From the NCBI RefSeq assembly GCF_000092205.1, contig NC_014216.1, positions 1,337,742 through 1,369,741 on the forward strand: DNA of 32,000 nt, given 5' to 3'. Source of the DNA: Desulfurivibrio alkaliphilus AHT 2 (GTDB taxonomy: Bacteria > Desulfobacterota > Desulfobulbia > Desulfobulbales > Desulfurivibrionaceae). The notes below the pieces were generated by a model. The model was not told where the DNA came from, did not search any database, and saw nothing but the letters and a program-made list of their open reading frames with translations. The position numbers and the translations under genes are program-made. This document shows positions 23,539-32,000 of this stretch, piece by piece. The stretch's first letter is position 1. Each line of letters starts with the position of its first letter.

Positions 23539-23567
23539 TTGCCCCCTAAACACAAAAGGTTTAATAT
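23539..23567 (+). promoter_or_regulatory. Candidate sigma70 promoter for mazG
   Basis: TTGCCC (23539-23544), 17-bp spacer, TAATAT (23562-23567). This is a consensus match only. Confidence 0.35.
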
Positions 23568-23611
23568 AAGCGATTTTACCCCCCACAACCAAGCAAGAGC
23601 ATCTGTCTATC

Positions 23612-24046
23612 ATGAGCACACCACCACCCCCCCTGGCCGACCGGCAACGACCGGAAGAGGCCCTGCTGCAACTGACCGCCCTGATCTCCCGCCTGCGCGG
23701 CCCGCAAGGCTGTCCCTGGGACCGCAAGCAAACCCCGGAGAGTTTCAAGCATTACCTGCTGGAAGAGGCTCACGAACTGCACGAATCCCTGGGGGGCAAC
23801 GACCACCGGCATATTCGTGAAGAGCTGGGCGACCTGCTTTTTCAGGTGCTGTTTATTGCCGAGCTTTACCGTGAACAGGGAGCTTTCACTTTAAGCGAGG
23901 TTATCAACGACATCATCGCCAAGATGGTCCGGCGCCACCCCCATGTCTTCGGGGACAAGCAGGTAAACTCGGAAGAGGAGTTGCGCCGGCAGTGGGAAGC
24001 CATCAAAGAGGGAGAGAAAAAGGACAAAGACACAATGGCCTCTTGA
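23612..24046 (+). CDS. mazG: MazG-family nucleoside triphosphate pyrophosphohydrolase (single-domain form)
   Basis: RGPQGCPWDRKQTPESFKHYLLEEAHELHE...EELGDLLFQVLF...MVRRHPHVFG gives the EExxE/ExxD MazG motifs. Confidence 0.85.
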   Translation: MSTPPPPLADRQRPEEALLQLTALISRLRGPQGCPWDRKQTPESFKHYLLEEAHELHESLGGNDHRHIREELGDLLFQVLFIAELYREQGAFTLSEVINDIIAKMVRRHPHVFGDKQVNSEEELRRQWEAIKEGEKKDKDTMAS

Positions 24047-24120
24047 CATTGCGCCCAATCCCATGGTAAGTGGTTGTTCTTTTTTGAGGAGCGGCCCGAT
24101 GGCCGCGCAAGATCCCCTCT

Positions 24121-24148
24121 TTGCCCCCGATAGCCTATATCCTATATA
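24121..24148 (+). promoter_or_regulatory. Candidate sigma70 promoter for the rpsF operon
   Basis: TTGCCC (24121-24126), 16-bp spacer, TATATA (24143-24148). This is a consensus match only. Confidence 0.3.
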
Positions 24149-24184
24149 GATACACGGGGCCGCATGCCCACAAGGAGGAACAAC

Positions 24185-24589
24185 GTGCGTAATTACGAGA
24201 GTGTCATCATCGTCAGGCCCAGCGCCGGCTCTGAAGCCGAGCTGACCGGAGTCATCGACAAGTATTCCGGGGTTATCACCGCCCATGAGGGCGAAATCGG
24301 CGGAGTTGACCGCTGGGGGCTGAAAAAGCTGGCCTACCCCATCAGCAAGGAGACCCAGGGGGTTTACCTCCTGTTCCGTTACACCACTTCTCCTGACGGG
24401 ATCAAGGAATTGGAGCGCCTGCTGCGCATCGACGACCGAATCCTCAAGTTCTTGACCGTCAAACTCACCGGTGAAGAAGCGCCCTTCACTCCCTCGGAAG
24501 ACGAAGGAGGTAACGGTGACGAGGAAGCCGCCGGTGACGAGGCGGAAGGCAACGACAACAACGAGGATAACGGCGAAGACAACGCCTGA
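24185..24589 (+). CDS. rpsF: 30S ribosomal protein S6 with acidic C-terminal tail
   Basis: (M)[12 protein letters not shown]...[29 protein letters not shown] at 24185 lies 6 nt after AGGAGG and is preferred to the upstream ATG at 24164. Confidence 0.9.
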   Translation: MRNYESVIIVRPSAGSEAELTGVIDKYSGVITAHEGEIGGVDRWGLKKLAYPISKETQGVYLLFRYTTSPDGIKELERLLRIDDRILKFLTVKLTGEEAPFTPSEDEGGNGDEEAAGDEAEGNDNNEDNGEDNA

Positions 24590-24633
24590 TCGCCATTTCC
24601 CCCCGCACCTTCATTGCTTTTGAGGATATCAAC

Positions 24634-24873
24634 ATGATGAAACGTAAAAAATATTTCGGTCGCCGCAAGGTTTGCCGTTTCTGCAGTGATAAAAGCCTGG
24701 CCATCGACTACAAAGATGTTAAAACCCTGCGCGGTTTTCTCACCGAACGGGGTAAGATTATTCCCCGGCGGATTTACGGTAACTGCGCCAAACACCAGCG
24801 CCAGTTGTCGGAGGCGATCAAGCGCGCCCGCCAGATCGCGCTGCTGCCCTACACCGGTAACCCGTACCTTTAA
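24634..24873 (+). CDS. rpsR: 30S ribosomal protein S18
   Basis: [64 protein letters not shown]. Confidence 0.95.
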   Translation: MMKRKKYFGRRKVCRFCSDKSLAIDYKDVKTLRGFLTERGKIIPRRIYGNCAKHQRQLSEAIKRARQIALLPYTGNPYL

Positions 24874-24891
24874 TCGGCACGGGAGTCCGGT

Positions 24892-25824
24892 TTGACCAAC
24901 AACAGCGGCAGACCGGCTTTCCCCACCGGGCAATTGCCGGCCCTGGCGGTAACGGCAGCTCCCCTGCTGCTGCCGCTGCTGAGCCCCGGCATGATCTGGC
25001 TGCAAAGCCTGATCCCCATGGTGGTGGCCTACCAGATGGTGGCCCTGGGTTATCACCAGGGCCGGACGGTGGTGATCTGGGCCATGCTGGCGGCGGCCAT
25101 GGTGGCCCTGATCAGCGGCGGCCTGCTGATCCTCTTTTTCGGGCTCAGCATGGTGCCGCTGGGCTATATTCTGGCCCGGGGGATCGCCCTGGGCGAGGCC
25201 CCCAACTGGGCCGGGGCTAAAGGTCTTGTGTACCTGTTGTGTTTCTGGTTGCTGCTGGGCGCTTTTTCAGGAATCACCGGCAGCCCGGGGCCGGTCCGGG
25301 TGATCCAGGAGAGCCTGGATCATACCGTGACCACCGTCATGGAAGAAGAAGAGGCCGCCGCGGCGGCCTTGGCAAACCTGCGGAGGGTGTTCGACCGCAC
25401 CTGGCCGGCACTGTTTACCATCTCGCTGCTCAGCCTGGTCTGGCTCAACCTGATGGCCAGCCACTGGCTGCTGCGCAGAAGAAACCCGGCCTTGAGCCCC
25501 TGGCCGGAGTTCAAGCACTGGCGCCTGCCGGACCATTTTGTACTGGCGGCCGCCCTGGGGCTGCTACTCTGGCTGAGCCGCCTGGAGCCCATCGCTTCCG
25601 TCGGGCTCAACCTGGTGCTCATCATGGGCATGCTTTATTTCATGCAGGGCCTGGGAGTGATGAGTTTTTTGCTGGCCCACTGGCGGTTGCCCCCTCTGCT
25701 GCGGGGCATCTGTTACGCCCTGGTGCTGCTGCAGGTATACGGCCCGGTGCTGCTGGCCATTCTGGGCCTGGCCGATGTCCACCTGGACTGGCGACGACGC
25801 CTTACCAATAACAATGCTGCTTAA
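24892..25824 (+). CDS. Polytopic membrane protein (DUF2232/YybS-like) in the conserved rpsR-rplI position
   Basis: It has at least 7 hydrophobic segments and lies between rpsR and rplI. TTG start at 24892; the start is uncertain. Confidence 0.6.
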   Translation: MTNNSGRPAFPTGQLPALAVTAAPLLLPLLSPGMIWLQSLIPMVVAYQMVALGYHQGRTVVIWAMLAAAMVALISGGLLILFFGLSMVPLGYILARGIALGEAPNWAGAKGLVYLLCFWLLLGAFSGITGSPGPVRVIQESLDHTVTTVMEEEEAAAAALANLRRVFDRTWPALFTISLLSLVWLNLMASHWLLRRRNPALSPWPEFKHWRLPDHFVLAAALGLLLWLSRLEPIASVGLNLVLIMGMLYFMQGLGVMSFLLAHWRLPPLLRGICYALVLLQVYGPVLLAILGLADVHLDWRRRLTNNNAA

Positions 25825-25880
25825 CATGCCGGTTGCGCTTTGGTGCCGGCCGGTCTGCAACCTAGTATGGAGAACTAAAA

Positions 25881-26336
25881 ATGGAAGTAATTCTCAAGGA
25901 AACCATCGATACCCTTGGCGAGATCGGCGACGTGGTCAAGGTCAAGCCCGGCTACGGCCGTAATTACCTGATTCCTCAAGGCAAAGCGGAACTGGCCAGC
26001 AAAGGCAACCTGGCTGTACTGGCCAAGCGGCAGGCGGCTATTGCCGCCCGCAAGGCAGAGCACCGGGCGGCGGCGGAAAAACTGGCCGCCACCATCAAGG
26101 CTGCCAAAATCACCATCTCCCAGCGTACCGGCGAGGACAACAAGCTTTACGGTTCGGTTACCAGTGGCGATATCGCCACCGCCCTGGCCGCCCAGGGAGT
26201 TGAGGTGGACAAGAAAAAAATCATGCTGGAAGAGCCCATCAAGAATCTGGGCACCCACACCGTGCCTTACAAAGCCGGCTACCAGGTAACTGCCGAGATC
26301 ACGGTGGAGGTGGTTCCCGAAGAAAGCGAGCAGTAA
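25881..26336 (+). CDS. rplI: 50S ribosomal protein L9
   Basis: MEVILKETIDTLGEIGDVVKVKPGYGRNYLIPQGKA; SD GGAGAA upstream. Confidence 0.95.
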   Translation: MEVILKETIDTLGEIGDVVKVKPGYGRNYLIPQGKAELASKGNLAVLAKRQAAIAARKAEHRAAAEKLAATIKAAKITISQRTGEDNKLYGSVTSGDIATALAAQGVEVDKKKIMLEEPIKNLGTHTVPYKAGYQVTAEITVEVVPEESEQ

Positions 26337-26357
26337 GCCGGCGGGACAACTTACCCG

Positions 26358-27719
26358 ATGGACCACCCCCAAGGCTCCACCATGCACCGCCTGCCGCCCC
26401 AGAACGTCGAAGCCGAGCAATGTGTGCTCGGCTCGGTTCTGCTGCAGGACGGAGCCATGTCCAAAGCGGTGGAGGTGCTCGCTCCGGAAGATTTTTACCG
26501 CGAGGGGCACCGCCACATCTTTACCGCCATGGTGGCTCTCTTTGAAAAAAGCGAGCCCCTGGACCTGATCACCGTCACCAATTTCCTCAGAGACAACCAT
26601 CAACTCGACCAGATCGGCGGCCCGGCTTATCTCGCCTCGCTCACCGATCAGGTGCCGATGGCCGCCAATATCAGCTACTACGCCCGCATCGTGCGGGACA
26701 AGGCCATTTTGCGCCGGCTGATTCAAACCAGCAGCGAAATCGCCGGCCGCTGCTACGAAGAGCAGGACGATATCGACGCCCTGCTGGACGAGGTGGAGCA
26801 GACCGTCTTTGAAATCTCCCGCTCCAAAAGCGGCCAGTCTTACTGGGCCATGAAGGCGGTGATCAACGAGACCTTCAAAATGGTGGAAACGCTCTATGAG
26901 CGCAAGGAACACATCACCGGCCTGCCCACCGATTATCACGACTTCGACAAAATGACCGCCGGCCTGCAGCCGTCCGACCTGATCATCCTGGCGGCCCGCC
27001 CCAGCATGGGCAAAACGGCTCTGGCCATGAACATGGTGCAGCATATCGCCCTGGTGAACAAAACCCCGGTGGGGGTTTTCAGCCTGGAGATGTCCAAGGA
27101 GCAGTTGGGGCTGCGAATGCTCTGCTCGGTCAGCCGGGTAGACGCCCAACGCCTGCGCACCGGCTTTCTGAAAGACCAGGACTGGCCCAAGTTGACCCGG
27201 GCCTACAACATGCTGCTGGACGCCCCGGTTTACATCGACGACACCCCGGCCATCTCGGTGCTGGAGATGCGGGCCAAGGCCCGGCGACTCAAGACCGAGC
27301 ACAACATCGGCATGATAGTGGTCGATTACCTGCAGCTGATGCGGGGCCGCAGCAACGTTCAATCGCGGGAACAGGAGATCAGCGAGATTTCGCGATCACT
27401 GAAGGCCATGGCCAAAGAGTTGCAGGTGCCGGTGATGGCCTTAAGCCAGCTCAACCGGAGCCTGGAAAGCCGCCCCAACAAGCGCCCGCAGCTTTCCGAC
27501 CTGCGCGAATCCGGCGCCATTGAGCAGGACGCCGACGTGATTTGCTTCATCTACCGCGACGAGGTGTACAACAAGGCCGAGGACAACCCCAAAAAGGGCC
27601 TGGCCGAACTGATCATCGGCAAACAGCGCAACGGCCCCACCGGCACGGTGGAACTGGCCTTCCTCGACCGCTACACCACCTTTGAAAACCTGGCCCGCCA
27701 CGACTACGGCAGCCACTAA
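26358..27719 (+). CDS. dnaB: Replicative DNA helicase DnaB
   Basis: PPQNVEAEQCVLGSVLL at the N-terminus, Walker A AARPSMGKTALAMN, then VVDYLQLM and SQLNRSLESR blocks. Its size indicates no intein. Confidence 0.95.
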   Translation: MDHPQGSTMHRLPPQNVEAEQCVLGSVLLQDGAMSKAVEVLAPEDFYREGHRHIFTAMVALFEKSEPLDLITVTNFLRDNHQLDQIGGPAYLASLTDQVPMAANISYYARIVRDKAILRRLIQTSSEIAGRCYEEQDDIDALLDEVEQTVFEISRSKSGQSYWAMKAVINETFKMVETLYERKEHITGLPTDYHDFDKMTAGLQPSDLIILAARPSMGKTALAMNMVQHIALVNKTPVGVFSLEMSKEQLGLRMLCSVSRVDAQRLRTGFLKDQDWPKLTRAYNMLLDAPVYIDDTPAISVLEMRAKARRLKTEHNIGMIVVDYLQLMRGRSNVQSREQEISEISRSLKAMAKELQVPVMALSQLNRSLESRPNKRPQLSDLRESGAIEQDADVICFIYRDEVYNKAEDNPKKGLAELIIGKQRNGPTGTVELAFLDRYTTFENLARHDYGSH

Positions 27720-27788
27720 GGGCGGGCTGGGCGGGCAACCGGCAATGCCGGCATGATGCAAATTTACTAATAAAATAAGGAGTATGCG

Positions 27789-28358
27789 ATGAAGAAACTT
27801 GTCACCGCGGCGTTAGTCGCCCTGACCATGACCGGAGCCCAGCAGGCCCAAGCCGCCTCCTTCGACCTGAACCTGAATGATTACTCCGTCCAAGCCAAGC
27901 TGGCCGGGCCGGTGGCCAACGATGCCCAACTGCACCTGCGCTTTCTTTACAACGACAAAAGAAGCCTGACCATGAGCTCCGCCGACCTGGAGTTCCAGGC
28001 CATGATTGAAGAGGCGCCGGGCTTCGGCATCGGCCTGGGAGTGGGGGTTCTGGGTGGCCGCAAGAAGAGCTCGAAGGCCAACCAGGATATGCTCGGTGTC
28101 CCGGTGGGCCTGCGGTTCTACTTCCAGCCGGCGGGGGCGGAAAACCTGGAGTTCCAGGGCAAGGTCTTTTATACCCCCAAGCTGCTCTCCTTTGCCGACC
28201 TGGACCGGATGCTGGAAAGAAGGGCTCGGATCGGCTACGCCATCAGCCCGACGGTGCAGATCTACATCGAATACCAGCACATCCGGGCCAACTTCGATGA
28301 TTTAAACAACCGCACCATCGACAACAACATCAGAGTGGGCTTCAAGGCCCGGTTTTGA
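27789..28358 (+). CDS. Small outer-membrane beta-barrel protein
   Basis: Signal peptide MKKLVTAALVALTMTGAQQAQA, alternating beta-strand pattern, C-terminal ...IRVGFKARF. SD AAGGAG upstream. Confidence 0.65.
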   Translation: MKKLVTAALVALTMTGAQQAQAASFDLNLNDYSVQAKLAGPVANDAQLHLRFLYNDKRSLTMSSADLEFQAMIEEAPGFGIGLGVGVLGGRKKSSKANQDMLGVPVGLRFYFQPAGAENLEFQGKVFYTPKLLSFADLDRMLERRARIGYAISPTVQIYIEYQHIRANFDDLNNRTIDNNIRVGFKARF

Positions 28359-28387
28359 TTTTTACGGCCCGGAAACTACTCCGGTAA

Positions 28388-28434
28388 CCAGCCTGCCTTC
28401 GGGGCCAATACAGGCGACCTCGAAGGCAGGCTGG
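28388..28434. terminator. 14-bp-stem hairpin between convergent genes
   Basis: CCAGCCTGCCTTCG (28388-28401) pairs with CGAAGGCAGGCTGG (28421-28434). Neither side has a clear U-tract, so its function is uncertain. Confidence 0.35.
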
Positions 28435-28501
28435 TGCCAAAATCAGCAGCACAACCGACCGGGTGTCCATACCTCAACCGGCCGGCTGGCGTCTGCTCCC
28501 A

Positions 28502-29383
28502 TCAAAGATCAAATTCATCCTCGTCAAGATCGACGATAAACCCGGAGACCCCGCCATAGTTGCCATGCAGTTCGGTGGCATCTGCGGTAAAAACCACCCG
28601 GATGAAGCCAGCAGCGAAATCAAGCCTGATCTCTCCCTGGTAAGTAATCCCGGCAGCATTCTCCCGGATAGTCTCGGGGGTGGAAATCGTCATTTGGCCA
28701 AACTCAACCGGATCGTTATAGGTTCCAGTCATTAAAATGTGCTCCTCACCACCAATCTTTTCCACGACAATTTGGACGTTCGTCATCTCATAGTCGTCAC
28801 CATCGTAGGTCACTTTGATGTTGAAAAGATTGGTGAATTTGGCCAGACTGGCTCGCTCATGTTCTACCGTACCGTTGAGTCTCACGGTATACGAATTACC
28901 GTTCTCATCAAAATCAAGTCGCACCTGGCTAAAGGTAAACTCGACTTCATTTGGATCATCACCAAATTTACCATCCATCAAAGCCACCACATCAACCGCC
29001 CCTGAAACCACGGTCACCTCATCGTCAGCGACAAAGTTGTTAAAAACAAGGTAGGCTTCAAGCACATCATTATCTTGGTTAGTCGTAACAGATACTCCGC
29101 TTTGTTGTTGTCCCTCCATTTCCCCCTCGATAATGGCGGCAATCCCATCCGGCACATTTTGCATCAACTCAGCAATCCAGAAAAAATCCTGCGCCAGCCG
29201 CACGGCTTTCATTTCCTCAGCGCTAAGGTCTTCATAAGGATCAGTGCCATTGTCGCCATCCTTCTTGCTGCTGCTGCTACTGCTACTGCTACTGCTGCTG
29301 CTGCAGGCCACCGCCAGGGCCAAAATCAGCAGCAATGAGGCCATAATCGCCAATAGTCTGGTGGGTAGTTTTTTAGAATGCAT
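28502..29383 (-). CDS. Acidic lipoprotein with poly-Ser linker, unknown function
   Basis: The signal peptide plus lipobox LALAVA-C is followed by 12 Ser. SD GGAGGAG upstream. GC content looks visibly lower than in the neighbouring genes. Confidence 0.7.
   Translation of the reverse strand: MHSKKLPTRLLAIMASLLLILALAVACSSSSSSSSSSSSKKDGDNGTDPYEDLSAEEMKAVRLAQDFFWIAELMQNVPDGIAAIIEGEMEGQQQSGVSVTTNQDNDVLEAYLVFNNFVADDEVTVVSGAVDVVALMDGKFGDDPNEVEFTFSQVRLDFDENGNSYTVRLNGTVEHERASLAKFTNLFNIKVTYDGDDYEMTNVQIVVEKIGGEEHILMTGTYNDPVEFGQMTISTPETIRENAAGITYQGEIRLDFAAGFIRVVFTADATELHGNYGGVSGFIVDLDEDEFDL
29267..29302 (-). repeat. Imperfect (AGC/AGT)12 trinucleotide tract encoding Ser12
   Basis: On the + strand: gct x4, act, gct, act, gct, act, gct x3, directly after the lipobox Cys codon. 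Confidence 0.9.
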
Positions 29384-29489
29384 GGGCTCCTCCTTCCCGG
29401 TTGAAATAAAACACCTCTGCCACTGCGGGTTATCGCCGACCGTTGGCCGGTAACCCGCTCTCAGAGCGGCACCACATAACAGTTAACAG

Positions 29490-29519
29490 ATTGTAACTTT
29501 AGTCATGCTGCGAAGTCAA
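29490..29519 (-). promoter_or_regulatory. Candidate sigma70 promoter for the lipoprotein gene
   Basis: On the minus strand: TTGACT (29519-29514), 18-bp spacer, TACAAT (29495-29490). This is a consensus match only. Confidence 0.45.
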
Positions 29520-29538
29520 GCCCCATGGCCCGGCTTGG

Positions 29539-30195
29539 TCAGCGGTAGAGCTGATGTTTGCGGATATAAGCCGCCACCGGGGGCGGAAGCAGGCGGGAGA
29601 TGTCTTCACCGGCGCGGATCTTGCGGCGGATGGTGGTGGAGGAAACCAGGAAGGCGTTGACCGGCAGCGGATAGAGATGAGCACCGTGGGGATGGGTCCA
29701 GCGGTTATGCTCCGAATCGTACTTAAAGCCGCCCGGCAGGCGGTTAATCAGGTTATTGAGCTGGCCGGGGGCGCTGTCCGGGCGTTCCGCGACCAGGAAA
29801 TCGGCATAACGAAAGAGGTCGGAGAAATTTTTCCAGCTAGCAAGCTCGACAAAGGCATCGGAGCCGATGATGAAGTAAAGGGCACAGGCCGGGCCCAGTC
29901 GGGCGCGTAACTCCCGCAGGGTATCGACGCTGTAGGAAGGACCGGGGCGCTGTTCCTCCATCCGGTTGACTGCCAAGGCCGGCTGATCGGCCAGAGCCAG
30001 TTCCAGCATGGCGGCCCGGTGGGCAAAAGGGGTTACCGGCTCGTCAAGCTTGTGGGGCGGCTGGGCGGCGGGGATCAACCACACCCGATCCAGGGCGAAT
30101 TCCCGCCGGGCCGCCTGGGCCAGCACCAGATGTCCGTTGTGCACCGGATCGAAGGTACCGCCCAGGACCCCGATCCGGTCAAGGCCTGCCGTCAT
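29539..30195 (-). CDS. nadD: Nicotinate-nucleotide adenylyltransferase
   Basis: GVLGGTFDPVHNGHL gives the (H/T)xGH motif, plus a SSTTIR block near the C-terminus. Confidence 0.9.
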   Translation of the reverse strand: MTAGLDRIGVLGGTFDPVHNGHLVLAQAARREFALDRVWLIPAAQPPHKLDEPVTPFAHRAAMLELALADQPALAVNRMEEQRPGPSYSVDTLRELRARLGPACALYFIIGSDAFVELASWKNFSDLFRYADFLVAERPDSAPGQLNNLINRLPGGFKYDSEHNRWTHPHGAHLYPLPVNAFLVSSTTIRRKIRAGEDISRLLPPPVAAYIRKHQLYR

Positions 30196-30222
30196 CCCCC
30201 CGCCTCCCTTACTGTTGTACTG

Positions 30223-31479
30223 CTATTCCCGAATTTCCCCCTCACCGTAAACGATGAACTTGCAGGTAGTCAACTCCCGTAGGCCCATGGGGCCGTAGGC
30301 ATGCAACTTGGTGGTGCTGATGCCGATCTCGGCCCCCAGGCCGTACTGGCCGCCATCGCTGAAACGGGTGGAGGCGTTGACCATCACCGAAGAGGCGTCC
30401 ACTTCGCGCAGGAAGCGCTGGGCATGGGCGTAGCGGCCGGTAATAATGGTCTCGGTATGCTGAGAGCCGTACTGTGCGATATGGGCCATGGCCTCATCGA
30501 GATCCGCCACCACCTTGACCGCCAGGATCAAATCGAGAAATTCCATGCCCCAATCCTCCGCCGCGGCAGCCTTGGCCTCCGGCAGCAGGGCCTTGGTCTG
30601 CGGGCAGCCACGGATTTCCACCCCGGCGGCAACAAGCTGCCGGCCCACGGCGGGCAAAAAGTCCTCGGCAACATCCCGGTGCACCAGCAAGGTTTCCAGG
30701 GCGTTACAGACCCCGGGGCGCTGGGTCTTGCCGTTGAGCACGATCCGGGCGGCCATTTCAAGCTCGGCATCGGCATCGACAAAGGCATGACAGACCCCTT
30801 TATAGTGCTTGAGTACCGGAATGCGGGAGTTCTGCGCGACAAAACGGATCAGCCCTTCGCCGCCCCGGGGGATGATCAGGTCGATCTCCTCCTCCCGTTG
30901 CAGCATACAGGTCACCGCCTCGCGATCGGTTACCGGAATCACCTGCACAGCGGCCGGGTCGATCTGCTCCGCGGCCAGGCACTCCTGAAGCACCTTGGCC
31001 AGGGCCAGGTTGGAATGGAGTGCCTCGGATCCTCCCCGCAGCAGCACGGCATTACCTGCCTTGAGGCAGAGGGCGGCGGCATCGACGGTGACGTTGGGCC
31101 GGGATTCGTAGATCATGCCGATTACCCCCAGGGGAATGCGCATCCGACCCACCATGATGCCGCTGGGCCGGCGCTGCATATCGGAGATCTCCCCCACCGG
31201 ATCGGGCAGGGCCGCCACCTCCTTGAGGCCGGTTACCATGGCGTCGATCACCTTATCGCTCAGGGCCAGCCGGTCCAGCATGGCCGCCGACAGGCCCTTT
31301 TCCCGACCGGCCGCCAGGTCTTTCTCGTTTTCCTGCTGGATGTAATCCTTACGCGCCAGCAGCCCGTCGGCCATGGCCAGCAACAGCCGATTTTTCACCG
31401 TGGTGGAAAGATTCGCCACCTGTCGGGCAGCCCGTTTGGTCTCCCCGGCCAGGGTTGCAATGGTATCTTCCAGGGCCAT
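30223..31479 (-). CDS. proA: Glutamate-5-semialdehyde dehydrogenase (gamma-glutamyl phosphate reductase)
   Basis: 418 aa with blocks IYESRPNVTVDAAALCLKAGNAVLLRGG, VCNALETLLVH, HTETIIT and ASTRFSDGGQYGLGAEIGIST. SD AGGAGGAG upstream. Confidence 0.9.
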   Translation of the reverse strand: MALEDTIATLAGETKRAARQVANLSTTVKNRLLLAMADGLLARKDYIQQENEKDLAAGREKGLSAAMLDRLALSDKVIDAMVTGLKEVAALPDPVGEISDMQRRPSGIMVGRMRIPLGVIGMIYESRPNVTVDAAALCLKAGNAVLLRGGSEALHSNLALAKVLQECLAAEQIDPAAVQVIPVTDREAVTCMLQREEEIDLIIPRGGEGLIRFVAQNSRIPVLKHYKGVCHAFVDADAELEMAARIVLNGKTQRPGVCNALETLLVHRDVAEDFLPAVGRQLVAAGVEIRGCPQTKALLPEAKAAAAEDWGMEFLDLILAVKVVADLDEAMAHIAQYGSQHTETIITGRYAHAQRFLREVDASSVMVNASTRFSDGGQYGLGAEIGISTTKLHAYGPMGLRELTTCKFIVYGEGEIRE

Positions 31480-31535
31480 AACGCTCCTCCTGTCGCTGCT
31501 TGGGTAATGTTGTAAATATACTGTTCAAATACGCC

Positions 31536-31564
31536 ATCGTTCAGCGGTGCTGCTGAACGATTAC
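31536..31564 (-). repeat. Collapsed remnant of the MITE foldback (10-bp stem, 6-nt loop)
   Basis: ATCGTTCAGC-ggtgct-GCTGAACGATTAC. Read on the minus strand it is GTAATCGTTCAGCAGCACCGC, identical to the first 21 nt of the MITE left end, joined to TGAACGAT. The ~43-nt tail and the foldback centre are missing. Confidence 0.6.
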
Positions 31565-32000
31565 AAGATCACCAGGTTGTCGCGATGAATCACCTCATCG
31601 CTGTCCTTGTAGCCAAGAATATCGACAATGGCCGAGGTTTTCACCCCCATAATGCGCTTGATCGCGGCGGCATCATAGGAAACCAGTCCGGCGGCCACGG
31701 GTTTGCCGGATCGATCCAGGCAATGCACCGGGTCGCCCAGGCCAAAATCCCCCCGCACCTCGACAACCCCCGAGGGCAGCAGGCTTTTGCCGCCCCCCAG
31801 AATGGCCCGGCAGGCCCCTTCATCTAAAACCAGATAACCCTTGGGCCGCAAGGTATAAGCAATCCAGTGCTTGCGGGAGGGGATTTTCTGCGGGGCGGGC
31901 AGAAAAAAGCTGCCCAGTTCCTCACCGGCAAAAAGCCGCAACAGGACATCGGGCTCCCGGCCGGGCCCGATGACCGCCGCCCCGCCACGGGAGACCACCA
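31561..32000 (-). CDS. proB: Glutamate 5-kinase, C-terminal part (PUA domain); the N-terminus lies outside the window
   Basis: ...HWIAYTLRPKGYLVLDEGACRAILGGGKSLLPSGVVEVRGDFGLGDPVHCLD...LVSYDAAAIKRIMG... is the typical ProB PUA end. The frame stays open to the window edge. The TAA stop lies in the GTAA of the MITE remnant. Confidence 0.85.
   Translation of the reverse strand, partial: VVSRGGAAVIGPGREPDVLLRLFAGEELGSFFLPAPQKIPSRKHWIAYTLRPKGYLVLDEGACRAILGGGKSLLPSGVVEVRGDFGLGDPVHCLDRSGKPVAAGLVSYDAAAIKRIMGVKTSAIVDILGYKDSDEVIHRDNLVIL

Noticed and set aside
24047-24120. GCGGCC-cgat-GGCCGC hairpin after mazG as a terminator.
   Set aside because: It has a short 6-bp stem. The T-run precedes rather than follows the stem on the + strand, and the minus-strand reading has an A-run instead.
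29419-29425. GCCACTG 'B12-box-like' heptamer and nearby hairpins, as a possible cobalamin riboswitch (attractive given four B12-dependent rSAM genes).
   Set aside because: It lies on the + strand between two minus-strand genes, lacks the rest of the cobalamin riboswitch core, and is nowhere near the rSAM operon leaders.

Overview
GC-rich bacterial chromosomal window. The gene order (rpsF-rpsR-DUF2232-rplI-dnaB and proB-proA-nadD) and the protein families look Desulfuromonadales/Desulfobacterota-like, but that is only a guess. There are two parts. (A) Positions 1 to about 22.3 kb hold a large accessory lipid-type biosynthetic cluster in three transcription units. It encodes five radical SAM enzymes (four with an N-terminal B12-binding domain, one SPASM type), two complete KAS I/II-type ketosynthases, one Cys-less KS fragment and a FabH-like KAS III. 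It also encodes two ACPs, a CrtI/phytoene-desaturase-like flavoenzyme, a PaaK-like adenylating enzyme, a PlsC-like and an LpxL-like acyltransferase, and a GT2-DUF2062 fusion. A PagL-like outer-membrane deacylase, a BtrH-N-like protein and an ABC-2 exporter complete it. No ketoreductase, dehydratase or enoyl reductase is visible, and the product is unknown. (B) Positions 22.3-32 kb are mostly housekeeping: an AP2-domain protein with a histone-H1-like tail, mazG, rpsF, rpsR, a DUF2232 membrane protein, rplI and dnaB. These are followed by a small beta-barrel OMP, a lower-GC poly-Ser lipoprotein, nadD, proA and proB. The most striking non-coding signal is a ~150-bp foldback MITE. It occurs in seven full copies, all at gene junctions of cluster A, plus one collapsed remnant between proB and proA. 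The copies have GTAA termini and 8-bp target-site duplications, which I recall as IS66-family hallmarks. Several copies split formerly overlapping (translationally coupled) genes and now supply the stop codon of the upstream gene. All functional calls rest on motifs I recognised by eye; no searches were run.
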